Source: a virus. From it: a DNA stretch of 64,000 nt. The stretch is taken from the IMG/VR virus record IMGVR_UViG_3300025086_000013, positions 30,935 through 94,934 of that record; one strand, 5' to 3'. Under the pieces are notes generated by a model, which worked only from the letters and a program-made list of their open reading frames with translations, searched no databases and was not told where the DNA came from. Positions within the stretch are counted from its first letter, which is position 1, and each line of letters opens with the position of its first letter. The translations under genes were made by a program, and so were the position numbers. Positions 55,394 through 64,000 of the stretch are shown one piece after another.

Positions 55394-56701
55394 TTAAAAC
55401 CTTTTAAATATATTTTTATTTCTTGGTAGTTTTCTTGAAGTCCTACCTTTACTTTCTTCTTTAACTGCTGCAGCACTATTTCCTTTTTGTGACTGAGCTG
55501 TTTTAAGTTTTCTAACTGTTTTTTCAACAGCTTTAGTTTCTCCTTTTTCCATTATCTTAGCTTTATATCCTTTAGGATCTGCTAGTAACCATAATGCTTC
55601 TGCTATTATGGGATAATTTGGTTCTACAAATTGGTACTTCTCTAAAAGATGTCCCAATAAATTTGTATTCTTACCACTTATTGAAGGGTAAGCTGGATTA
55701 ACAAGTCCATTATATAATAATGATTGAGTCTTTTTATCTATTTTAGTTTCTCCTACTTGTCCTCCTTTTAAAGTCTCATATACATTATTCATGTAATTTT
55801 CTGAAGCTTGTTGTTGTTGTTTCTTTTTCATTTCTTGCTCTTCCAATCTTTTAGCAACAACCTTCTCTTGCATCTTATCTAACTTTGGTTTAAATTTACT
55901 AGCTTGTGTTTCAAGCTTACCTAAATCTTTCCAAATTTCTATTTCTTCTGCAATTTCTTCTGCATTACCATAACCAGTTGCGCCTAAGTATTCTCTAATT
56001 ATACGCTCTTGATCATCTTCTTTTTTTACATCCAGTTCTTTAACTTCTTCTGTTCTTGATAAAGCTCCAAATAAACCTTTTAAATCTTTACCTCCATCTG
56101 CAACATATCTTGCTGCTATCTGTAGTTCTTCTGGTAAACTATTAAAAAACTGTTTAGGAGTTTCGCGTCTAACTGTATTTGCTTGCTCCTCTAAATTAGC
56201 TGCTATTAATTCTTCCCAATCTTTAGCACTATATTCATCCAGTTCTTTTTCATCATCAAAAGGAATTATTTTTTCTTCTTTAATTAGTTTAGAAAATACA
56301 TCACTAATTCCTTCTATTTTTTTTCTACCTCTTTTAGGAGATTCTTCTGTACTTGTTTCTTCTCCATCTCCTTCAACTAAACCTAAAACTTTATCAACAT
56401 CTATTTCATCTTTAGAAGTTTCTTTAGGTTGTTGTTTTTTAGGCTCTTCTACTTTTTCATCAGTAGTTTCTTTTTCAGTTTCTTCTTTTACTTCTTCTTT
56501 TACTTCTTCCTTTTTATTTTCATTATATAGAAAACTTGTATCAACATCTGGTTTTCTACTGAATAAATTTGGTTTCTTTTCAGTTTCTTCTGGAAGAGTT
56601 ATTGATTCCCCACCAGGAGCTGCATTAAATATATCATCAAGATTAACATCTACTTGTTCAACCTTAGTTTCAACTGTTTTGGTTTCTTTACTTTCAGCCA
56701 T
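55394..56701 (-). CDS. Scaffolding-like acidic protein, 435 aa
   Basis: Glu/Lys-rich disordered N-terminus and coiled-coil C-terminus; lies between the portal and the MCP. Confidence 0.6.
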   Translation of the reverse strand: MAESKETKTVETKVEQVDVNLDDIFNAAPGGESITLPEETEKKPNLFSRKPDVDTSFLYNENKKEEVKEEVKEETEKETTDEKVEEPKKQQPKETSKDEIDVDKVLGLVEGDGEETSTEESPKRGRKKIEGISDVFSKLIKEEKIIPFDDEKELDEYSAKDWEELIAANLEEQANTVRRETPKQFFNSLPEELQIAARYVADGGKDLKGLFGALSRTEEVKELDVKKEDDQERIIREYLGATGYGNAEEIAEEIEIWKDLGKLETQASKFKPKLDKMQEKVVAKRLEEQEMKKKQQQQASENYMNNVYETLKGGQVGETKIDKKTQSLLYNGLVNPAYPSISGKNTNLLGHLLEKYQFVEPNYPIIAEALWLLADPKGYKAKIMEKGETKAVEKTVRKLKTAQSQKGNSAAAVKEESKGRTSRKLPRNKNIFKRF

Positions 56702-56728
56702 AATTATTTTGGTTTTTAATGGTTATAT

Positions 56729-56743
56729 ATATAATATACAAAA
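56729..56743 (-). promoter_or_regulatory. Copy of shared promoter-like motif
   Basis: The minus strand reads TTTTGTATATTATAT, upstream of the scaffold/MCP genes. Confidence 0.6.
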
Positions 56744-56807
56744 GTTTTGTCACTAAACCTTAAAAATTTTTTTCAAATTTAAAATTTATGTTAGTATATA
56801 GCTAACA

Positions 56808-59579
56808 CTATTTTTTACTATCCTTTGTATTCTTTTTTGCTTTACTTTGCACATCATATTTGTTTTTATTTTCACGTGCAATTTGTAAATTTTTGTTAGC
56901 AATATCCCTTTGTGTTGCTAGTTTTTCCCTATCAACAGTAAGTTTTGCTTGATCTGTAGCATTTCTTTGAGCAGATTCTTCTCTTTTAAAGTTCATTTGC
57001 TCTCTATACTCATCTCTTTTACGCATATCTTGCATTGCATCTTTAAAATCACCTTGTTGATTTTGATCCATATCAACTTGACCACTAAAGCTTGCACCTC
57101 TTATTTCAGCAACCATAATATCCTTCTGTCTTTCTTTTTCATTTTCTTGTGATTGGAAATCACGTTCAGCTTGTTTTTCTTGAGCTTGTGCTTGAAGTTG
57201 TTGTTGTTGCATGTCTTGCTGTTGCTTCTGTTGTTGCTGCTGTTGCTGTTGTTGTTTAGCTTCAGCTTCTTTAAGTATATCACTTACTTCAGCAATAGAT
57301 TCAGCTTTAACAATATTTCCAAGATCATATATAGTAGCACCTGTAGTATTGTTAGTCATTGCCATTTGTTTAAGTTGATCTAATATAGCTCTGTGATTTG
57401 TTTTAGTTGTACAGAAAACATTAAAGTCTCTTAATAATAGATCAGTACCATTCATTTGAAAATTGACTTTTTCTGCTTCACTAGATATATAGTTTAATCT
57501 AATATTAGGATTAGTACTATGATAGTATTGTGAAAGATCAGTTCTCATTTGATGCACTCTTGGCATAAGATGATCTGAATGTTGAATAAAATACATTTCA
57601 GTTTGAGAAAAAGATTGTTGCATTGCTTGTGTAACACCAGTTGCTGTTTGTTGTGCCACAGGAGCTCCCATTCTTTGTTGATTAATACCAATAGCTTCAA
57701 ATGCTTGTTGTTTAAAATGATTAGCTAATTGTATTCTAGACATTATTCTATTTGTTTGTTCTAAGTTTAATGTTTGATAATGATTAAAATTTGTAGCATT
57801 TTCTGTATTAGTAATAGAAGTATCTAATGGTAACATACCAAAATCCTTCATTGCTACATATGCTTTTGCCATATTATTCTTACCCCAGTCTTCTCCCATT
57901 GAATGACGTGGTAATGCATTTTGATCAAACATGATAACAGTACCAAGTTCATCTACAAGTATATCAGCTATTTGATTATTTACCATATTATAACCAACTT
58001 GATATGCTTTCATAAGATCTACTAATGAAGTTGATTTAGTATTTCTATCTGAAAATACTCTTCCTTCTACTGGTAACTTGCAACCATATAAAGAATTTTC
58101 TCCTTTAAATTGAAATTGTATTCTTCCTGGTTTAGTTTCATTAATACCAATATATATTGGATTTAATTCAGTTGATGATTGTCTCCATGTAGCTGGCATA
58201 TTAGGTCCAATTTTAACTCCTCCCCATACTTCATTAATCCATATCCAATCTACATGTTCTCCAAAAGCAAGATTATCTTTTGTTTTATCTTTAAATAATT
58301 GTGTGTTATAGATTGGTTTATCTGTAAGCTCAAAAGTTTCATCAACAACCTTTTGTACAACATCACCATTTTCTAAAACTCTTGTTAAATGTCCAACTTT
58401 TCTTTGAGTCTTCCAATAAATTGTAGATACTCTAAGCATATTTCGTTCTCCCCATTGATACATATCCTCACCATTGCTTAGTATAAACTTTACAATATCA
58501 TCACCAGCACCAGAATTATTTTGCCAATTACTAACAAATTGTCTGTAACCTAATGAAGGCATATTAGTATTCCATTTATGAGATTTAGTTGGATCATAAA
58601 ATGTACCATCATTTTGATACCCCATTGTAGCATATTTAACATCTTTTGCAGGATATATTTTCTGAAGAGATCTTAATTGTTTTTCTGTCATAAGATATCC
58701 ATAGGCATCTACAACATCTGAAACAGTCATCATTTCACATTTACCTACATAATTAGAATCTGATATATATCTTGAATTAGGAGACTTTTGATAGAATGTT
58801 AATACAGGATTCCATAATTCTACTTCATAATCATCTTCCATCATTCTGAAATGCCAAAATTCTCTGTCACAAATAAGCATATCTTTAAAACCTCTTTCTT
58901 CTAATTCTTGCATTTTAAATCTTTCTTCATCAACAATCATTTGATGTGTTGCCCATTCTTCAACTAAACTTCTATAATCTTTAGTAAAAAAGTCTTCTAT
59001 TTCAGGTAATGTTTTTAATTGTTGAGGATCTAATTTTTGTTGAGCTTCTTCTGAATTAGGATCCATACCCATTTTAATCATTTCTAATAACATCTTTCCT
59101 TTTGCATCAGCTAATAGATTTTCTTCAATCATTTTTCTTTTATGCTCAAGCATTTCATTGTAAGAAAGATCATCAACAGCTCTGAATTGAACTCTAGAAA
59201 ATCTTTTGGAAAATTCTCCTGTAAGAACATTTACAACATTTGGTATAATAGGATAAAATTTAAGTTCTAATGCAGATTCATCTGACTTAGTTAAAACCTC
59301 CATAAGATCTTTATAGTCATTATCTTCTTCAACTATATAATCAGTTTTATCAATAATACCTTTTGCAAGCTTATAGTTTTTGAGAATTTTTCTTGCATTA
59401 TGTTTAAGGTATTCCATTCCTTGTAACTCTAACCAATCCAAATTCCAAGCAGCCCAATCATCATCTTTTTTCTTAGCTGATAAAAATTGTATAGGTTGTG
59501 TAAGACTTGATGAAGCTGGATAGTCACCACTATCAACCTTTGCACCTTTCTTCATTTGTAAAGCATTAAGTACTCTCAT
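56808..59579 (-). CDS. Portal protein, 923 aa
   Basis: Follows the terminase; YPIIPNVVNVLTGE, WINEVW.G.KIG, SLVDLMK.YQ..YN and G.NQQR.G motifs; long Gln-rich C-terminal helical barrel. Confidence 0.88.
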   Translation of the reverse strand: MRVLNALQMKKGAKVDSGDYPASSSLTQPIQFLSAKKKDDDWAAWNLDWLELQGMEYLKHNARKILKNYKLAKGIIDKTDYIVEEDNDYKDLMEVLTKSDESALELKFYPIIPNVVNVLTGEFSKRFSRVQFRAVDDLSYNEMLEHKRKMIEENLLADAKGKMLLEMIKMGMDPNSEEAQQKLDPQQLKTLPEIEDFFTKDYRSLVEEWATHQMIVDEERFKMQELEERGFKDMLICDREFWHFRMMEDDYEVELWNPVLTFYQKSPNSRYISDSNYVGKCEMMTVSDVVDAYGYLMTEKQLRSLQKIYPAKDVKYATMGYQNDGTFYDPTKSHKWNTNMPSLGYRQFVSNWQNNSGAGDDIVKFILSNGEDMYQWGERNMLRVSTIYWKTQRKVGHLTRVLENGDVVQKVVDETFELTDKPIYNTQLFKDKTKDNLAFGEHVDWIWINEVWGGVKIGPNMPATWRQSSTELNPIYIGINETKPGRIQFQFKGENSLYGCKLPVEGRVFSDRNTKSTSLVDLMKAYQVGYNMVNNQIADILVDELGTVIMFDQNALPRHSMGEDWGKNNMAKAYVAMKDFGMLPLDTSITNTENATNFNHYQTLNLEQTNRIMSRIQLANHFKQQAFEAIGINQQRMGAPVAQQTATGVTQAMQQSFSQTEMYFIQHSDHLMPRVHQMRTDLSQYYHSTNPNIRLNYISSEAEKVNFQMNGTDLLLRDFNVFCTTKTNHRAILDQLKQMAMTNNTTGATIYDLGNIVKAESIAEVSDILKEAEAKQQQQQQQQQKQQQDMQQQQLQAQAQEKQAERDFQSQENEKERQKDIMVAEIRGASFSGQVDMDQNQQGDFKDAMQDMRKRDEYREQMNFKREESAQRNATDQAKLTVDREKLATQRDIANKNLQIARENKNKYDVQSKAKKNTKDSKK
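57180..57254 (-). repeat. CAA/CAG poly-Gln tract in the portal C-terminal helix
   Basis: Encodes QQQQQQQQQKQQQDMQQQQLQAQAQ. Confidence 0.85.
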
Positions 59580-59583
59580 ATCA

Positions 59584-59685
59584 TTATTTCTTTATAGTAT
59601 AGGTGATAACAGCATTTTCAAATGTGCTATTAGTTTTCCAAGATGGAATATTTGCGGTTGATGTAGTTGTCCAGTAATTATTCAT
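59584..59685 (-). CDS. Small uncalled ORF, 33 aa (MNNYWTTTSTANIPSWKTNSTFENAVITYTIKK)
   Basis: The ATG directly abuts the terminase stop, and the TAA ends 4 nt before the portal ATG, filling the gap almost exactly. Confidence 0.6.
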   Translation of the reverse strand: MNNYWTTTSTANIPSWKTNSTFENAVITYTIKK

Positions 59686-61875
59686 TTATTTAATATTTTT
59701 AAATGCAGACTTCTTAAATTTAGTAGATCCAAGTCTTTTTTTTCTAGCTAAATTTTTAAAAGGCCTCATAGATAATTTATACAAATTTTGTGATTTTTCC
59801 AAGTTATCTCTTGACATATCTTCTTCTTTATGCTTAATATAGCCTCTATTAGACTGTTGTATCCTAGCAAATGCAATTAATGCAGAAAATGCTACAAGTC
59901 TATCCACGTTTAATCCAGGGAAGTATTGCATCATTTCTGTTAATAACATTTTGTCTGGAATTCTTTCAACTCCTAAATTTGTTTTTAATACATTTCCATG
60001 CTCATCTGTATCTTGATTTATCTCTTCTCTAACAAACTCAATAGCATAAGATATTAGATGACTTTTAAATAGTGTACCAGTATTTTTCCAACCATATTCT
60101 TGAAAAACATTTTGATTAGATCCTAAGTCTTTTAAAAATACTATCTGTTGTTTTGGTACTAAATATTTTTGTTTCTTTTTAGATATCATGTATTGGATAA
60201 AAAGAGATATATTATTCTCAACTAATGTCCAAGCATTATACCATTCAATAATTAATTCTAATTGTTCATGTGTTTTGTTTATATCATCATATCTACCACA
60301 CCAAGATGCTACAATTTTATCACCTTCTATAAATGCTTCAGGTTGATCTTTACTTTGTCTAGTTACTTCAATAGGATTTTTATAAACAAATATACTACAT
60401 AAAGAATCTGATGTAGTTGTTTTACCTTCTGATACAGGGTCAATAGAAGCATAGTACATACCAAATGAAGGATTTTTAACAGGCTTCTCCCAAACTACTA
60501 ATACTCCAGATTTATCTTCTAATTTTTTATTAACAGGGAAATTAAAAATAGGTAGCTTATTAGACTTACTAGCTTTAATACTATTAGATGTTCTTTCTAA
60601 TTTTACAAATTCATATGCATATTCTTTTTCTTCAATTCTTTTAAGTTGTCTTGATATTATAGCTTGTGGAAATATTGCTTCTTTTCTATATGCAAAAGCT
60701 TCTGCAATATCTATTGGTTTTTGTGATATTCTTAATTGATATTGTTCTGGGTTTAAATCTTTTTTCCATTGTGCTCTTTCTTCTTTTATAGCATTGAGAG
60801 CTTGCTCAACTAATGAATTTCCGTACTTATCTATATGAGGAGGCATAGACCATTGTTCAGGAATAAATAAACCTGCTTTACCTATAGTTCCTTTTTCATC
60901 CATTAAGTTTGTTTCTACTGCATATATATCATTTCCTTCTGGATTTAATATCATTTGTTTTAATGGATTACATTGATCAAGATCACCAACAGAACCAGCT
61001 GCAATAAACATACCAGTAGTTATCATACCTGATGTCATTGCAGGTCTAATATACTCAAATGTTTGATCCATTTTAGGAGCAATACCAGCCTCTTCATGAA
61101 AGAAATAAGTACAAGGTCCACCAACACCAGTTGTTGGATTTTTTTCAAAAGAAGCACCTTGAATTTTTGACATTAAACCTTTATGTGTTTTTCTATTGTT
61201 AACTCTAACTTCAATTTTTTGTTCCCATAATAATACTTTAGCTGGATTAGTAGGTCTATACCAAGCAGTATGTTCATTGAGAAATGTTTTATATTCTTCT
61301 AAAAATTTCCAAGATCCTTTATCATTTATGTAATCTTTAAGTGATGCACCTATTTTACATATAGATCCTTCTTCAAACCAAAATTGATTTAATACTTTAG
61401 CCATATGAAAATAAGAAGAAGCTATCTGACGTTTTTTAAGAATAGCTACATGTCTATAATGTAATTCTGCAAGTAATTCATATAAAGCCATATGATACTG
61501 TGCATCCCTTACTTTAGCAAATCCGTACTTTTTTTCTTCTTTATCAAAGATTGGTAAGAAATTTAACCACATATAATAATCTCTTGTAAGATAAAATATA
61601 TTTTTCTCACCATAATATAAAACACCTTCTTGACATTTTTCTTTTTCAGAATTCCAATACTTTATATAATCTTTAGATCTAAAAGGTTTATTACAATAAT
61701 AACCTTGAGTATTAAATATTCTAGCTTGTTCATTAAAAAGAAGGGCAGTTTCATCAAACTGATACTGCCCTGGCTCTTTAAAAAGTGTTAAAATAAAATT
61801 TACAAAGTCTTCTTTTTCTTTAAATTCTTTGTAGTCCCATTCACCATTTTTATATGTAGGAACTTTTTTATACAT
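59686..61875 (-). CDS. terL: Terminase large subunit, 729 aa
   Basis: Walker A-like LKKRQIASSY, Walker B FFHEEAG, nuclease motifs ASIDPV, LVENN and NVDRLVAF; upstream of the portal. Confidence 0.93.
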   Translation of the reverse strand: MYKKVPTYKNGEWDYKEFKEKEDFVNFILTLFKEPGQYQFDETALLFNEQARIFNTQGYYCNKPFRSKDYIKYWNSEKEKCQEGVLYYGEKNIFYLTRDYYMWLNFLPIFDKEEKKYGFAKVRDAQYHMALYELLAELHYRHVAILKKRQIASSYFHMAKVLNQFWFEEGSICKIGASLKDYINDKGSWKFLEEYKTFLNEHTAWYRPTNPAKVLLWEQKIEVRVNNRKTHKGLMSKIQGASFEKNPTTGVGGPCTYFFHEEAGIAPKMDQTFEYIRPAMTSGMITTGMFIAAGSVGDLDQCNPLKQMILNPEGNDIYAVETNLMDEKGTIGKAGLFIPEQWSMPPHIDKYGNSLVEQALNAIKEERAQWKKDLNPEQYQLRISQKPIDIAEAFAYRKEAIFPQAIISRQLKRIEEKEYAYEFVKLERTSNSIKASKSNKLPIFNFPVNKKLEDKSGVLVVWEKPVKNPSFGMYYASIDPVSEGKTTTSDSLCSIFVYKNPIEVTRQSKDQPEAFIEGDKIVASWCGRYDDINKTHEQLELIIEWYNAWTLVENNISLFIQYMISKKKQKYLVPKQQIVFLKDLGSNQNVFQEYGWKNTGTLFKSHLISYAIEFVREEINQDTDEHGNVLKTNLGVERIPDKMLLTEMMQYFPGLNVDRLVAFSALIAFARIQQSNRGYIKHKEEDMSRDNLEKSQNLYKLSMRPFKNLARKKRLGSTKFKKSAFKNIK

Positions 61876-62170
61876 CTTCTAATTTACAAACTATTGCATC
61901 CTGAGTTAATAAAATATGACGTTCTCCATTGTGAATAAATTCTTTATCATCAACTGACATATTAATAATCCATTGTACAAAATCTCCAATTTGAAGATCA
62001 TCAAATACTTCTGGACCTCTTGCAACAATAGTACCTTGAGGTTTTTGTTGAACTTGAGAATCAGGAAGAATAATTCCTGAATTAGTTTGTTCTACCTTTT
62101 CAACTGGTTTTACTAATATTCTTTTACCAATAGGTATTACTTTATAGTTTTTAACATTTTCTTTTATCAT
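61868..62170 (-). CDS. groES: GroES/Cpn10 co-chaperonin
   Basis: VIPIGKRILVK...TNSGIILPDS...GTIVARGP...GDFV is the Cpn10 signature including the mobile loop; 100 aa. Confidence 0.92.
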   Translation of the reverse strand: MIKENVKNYKVIPIGKRILVKPVEKVEQTNSGIILPDSQVQQKPQGTIVARGPEVFDDLQIGDFVQWIINMSVDDKEFIHNGERHILLTQDAIVCKLEDV

Positions 62171-62181
62171 AGTTTTAAAAT

Positions 62182-62700
62182 TTATAATTGATCATAAGCT
62201 AATCCCTGCCCACCGCGGACAGAGCTTTGTTGTTCATTTTTCATGTCAGTATATGCTCCTTTAAAAGATTGTCTAATTTGATCAAACTTAGCAGCAGTGT
62301 TAACTAATGCAGTTAAATTACCATCTCTACCGTGATCAATAGATGTAGTCTCCATATACCTAGCTAATCTATCTAACATACTTTTTATTCCTTTATATGC
62401 TCTATATGTAGGAGTTTCATATAACTCTTTACAAGTATCTATAGCATGTCTTATTGCACCATCTTCACTTGATTCTTCAAATTGTATTTCTTCTATAATC
62501 ATATCTTCTTTTTCATGTTCAGGTAAATTAAAAAAAGGATTTAAATCAGGATCAGGACATGTCATATAAAATACATATTGATATACAGATAAATAAGTAT
62601 CTGGATATTTTTCCATAATTGTTTTTAAAGATTTTAATGTATAGCAATGTTCACTAGGTACAACTTTGTTATTTTGTATATCAAATAATTTTATTAACAT
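62182..62700 (-). CDS. Conserved hypothetical protein (terminase small subunit candidate), 172 aa
   Basis: Helical protein two genes upstream of terL, ending in RGGQGLAYDQL. The function is a positional inference only. Confidence 0.35.
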   Translation of the reverse strand: MLIKLFDIQNNKVVPSEHCYTLKSLKTIMEKYPDTYLSVYQYVFYMTCPDPDLNPFFNLPEHEKEDMIIEEIQFEESSEDGAIRHAIDTCKELYETPTYRAYKGIKSMLDRLARYMETTSIDHGRDGNLTALVNTAAKFDQIRQSFKGAYTDMKNEQQSSVRGGQGLAYDQL

Positions 62701-63524
62701 ATTGGATTATCTTTTAACCACATTATTAAACTTTGTATTTCTTGTTTTAAATATGGTAATTCATAAATAATAATTTCTTTTACAACAGGTTCCCCATTAA
62801 TATATTTACTTATTGGATATCCATATTCATCTTTTCCTTCTTCTTCAAATATTACATGTTGTATTTTTAAATCTCCAATTTTAAGTTTTGGATTATGCTT
62901 TTTAATAATATAAGCATATAAACTTAATTGAAGATTATAATGTTTTAAATTGCAATCATCTAAATGATTTACAGGTTTATACATTTTAGATGTTATTCCT
63001 TCCCAATTAGTAAAACCTTTTTTCTTTATTTCTTTGTTAGTCTTATAATCAAGTATATTTATTTTACCATTTACTATACTAACAAGATCAGCTTGTCCAC
63101 ATAATCCTGCAGATTTTAAATAGACAAAATGTTCTGGATATACACCATTTTTTAATTTTTGTTCTGGTGCAATTTTAATTCCATTTTGATCAGTAATAGG
63201 TTCAATAATTGGAACTTCAACACCATCTCTTTCTATTGTAGAAAATTCTAATAATCTTTTTTCTCTTTCATTATGATACCAATTACCAAGTTCAATAGCT
63301 CTTTCTGATTCTTTATTCCAAATATCTAAAATTTTTTTTGGAGGAATCTTATACCACTTTGATCTTTTATTTTTAGATGATTTTTTAGATTGTGCTTCTG
63401 CATTAAATTTAGGTTTAAACATACCTACAAATGATGTAACACTAGTCCATTTAATCTGATCTTTTTTAAGATCTTCATTAAGACTCTCATATATATGACC
63501 ATCTTCTTTAAATATTACTGCCAT
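62694..63524 (-). CDS. PD-(D/E)xK (RecB/Cas4-like) nuclease
   Basis: SVT...GNWYH...GQADLV...ILDYKT...YNLQLSLYAY. Confidence 0.85.
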   Translation of the reverse strand: MAVIFKEDGHIYESLNEDLKKDQIKWTSVTSFVGMFKPKFNAEAQSKKSSKNKRSKWYKIPPKKILDIWNKESERAIELGNWYHNEREKRLLEFSTIERDGVEVPIIEPITDQNGIKIAPEQKLKNGVYPEHFVYLKSAGLCGQADLVSIVNGKINILDYKTNKEIKKKGFTNWEGITSKMYKPVNHLDDCNLKHYNLQLSLYAYIIKKHNPKLKIGDLKIQHVIFEEEGKDEYGYPISKYINGEPVVKEIIIYELPYLKQEIQSLIMWLKDNPIC

Positions 63525-63843
63525 TTTCTTTTTGTTTTATTTGTTGTTTAATAAGTTTTTCAGATTTAGCATCAACAACAGCAGGCCATTTTCCTTTTGG
63601 ACAACTTGATGACAAGGCTCTAAGTTTTAACCCTAAACTACAACCACAATCTCCACAACATGGTTGAGTTCCATTAACAGCACATTTATCTCCTTTACTA
63701 TCTAATTCAGGACATGTAACACAATATGACCATCTTAAATCTGCAATTTGCTCTACATCTTCTTTTTTAAAGACTTTATTTTTAACTCCTTCTACTATTT
63801 GTTTTATATTACCAAAAGCTCCAATAATTTTATTTATTCTCAT
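63508..63843 (-). CDS. Small Cys-rich putative metal-binding protein
   Basis: R...CxxC...C...CCxxCGC...K.R...CP.GKW. Confidence 0.65.
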   Translation of the reverse strand: MRINKIIGAFGNIKQIVEGVKNKVFKKEDVEQIADLRWSYCVTCPELDSKGDKCAVNGTQPCCGDCGCSLGLKLRALSSSCPKGKWPAVVDAKSEKLIKQQIKQKENGSNI

Positions 63844-64000
63844 TTTTGAACTTTTTTTTATTTTTTATATTTTCATTTAGTTTACCCAAAGCTAATTCCA
63901 TTTGTTCAATCTTACTTTTAACTGGAACATATTTCTCATAACCTTTATAAGTCATTTTTTCAAGATTACCTAATATATCTTTTTGTCTTTTAATAGATTT
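63830..64000 (-). CDS. 3' end of a basic helical hypothetical protein (5'-truncated)
   Basis: Open frame from the window edge (KSIKRQKDILGNLEK...KNENK*) that overlaps the next start codon. Confidence 0.6.
   Translation of the reverse strand, partial: KSIKRQKDILGNLEKMTYKGYEKYVPVKSKIEQMELALGKLNENIKNKKKFKNENK

Noticed and set aside
138-57383. The many short plus-strand and off-frame minus-strand ORFs in the track
   Set aside because: They are shadows of long minus-strand genes, with biased Phe/Ile/Leu/Ser composition and no motifs.
30373-61875. Inteins, group I introns or homing endonucleases explaining the oversized muzzle or ring proteins, or present in terL
   Set aside because: No intein C/S...HN boundary signature, LAGLIDADG or HNH motifs, or reading-frame breaks were recognised. 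The inserts have stalk-like ends instead.
62694-63524. Cas4 or CRISPR-associated function
   Set aside because: No repeat-spacer array or other cas genes in the window, and the Cas4 Fe-S cysteine set is not evident. It is best called a generic PD-(D/E)xK nuclease.
1-64000. Stop-codon reassignment (TAG or TGA), known in some crAss-like phages
   Set aside because: Genes are long and intact in the standard code, and TAG serves as a normal stop (e.g. 16345, 42559, 47317, 56808). The apparent ORF desert at 1-12850 is one edge-truncated ORF.

Overview
The window is an AT-rich, almost entirely minus-strand virion-morphogenesis module of a large podo-type crAss-like (Crassvirales-related) phage. The host is most likely a Bacteroidota member (inference from gene content, a TAnnTTTG promoter element and no obvious Shine-Dalgarno sites). 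In transcription order (right to left): Cys-rich protein, PD-(D/E)xK nuclease, conserved protein, GroES, terminase large subunit, an uncalled 33-aa ORF, portal, scaffold-like protein, major capsid protein, head/ring/fibre proteins, a metallophosphoesterase, an IHF/HU-like protein, two ring proteins, a 2887-aa muzzle/stabilisation protein, four large cargo-type proteins, and a >4283-aa giant ORF missing from the ORF track because it runs off the left edge. The giant ORF carries a zincin HEAFH motif and a two-barrel RNA polymerase DFDID motif. Two systems stand out. (1) Three adjacent cargo proteins look like polyproteins whose unrelated domains (beta-barrel-like, pre-toxin-TG-like, Cys-cluster, lysozyme, LysM, L,D-transpeptidase) are separated by about 20 copies of a hydrophobic-Q/K/E-x-G-G motif, a candidate processing or packaging signal. 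(2) Paired outgoing/return stalks graft payload domains into conserved tail proteins: a duplicated Cys-rich stalk displays a jelly-roll domain and a complete pro-metzincin protease on the muzzle, and a mirror-image Pro/Gly stalk sits in a ring protein. A shared promoter-like motif and three intrinsic terminators are also visible. No tRNA, CRISPR array, intron/intein or stop-codon recoding was seen. All family calls are motif recognition by eye; no searches were run.
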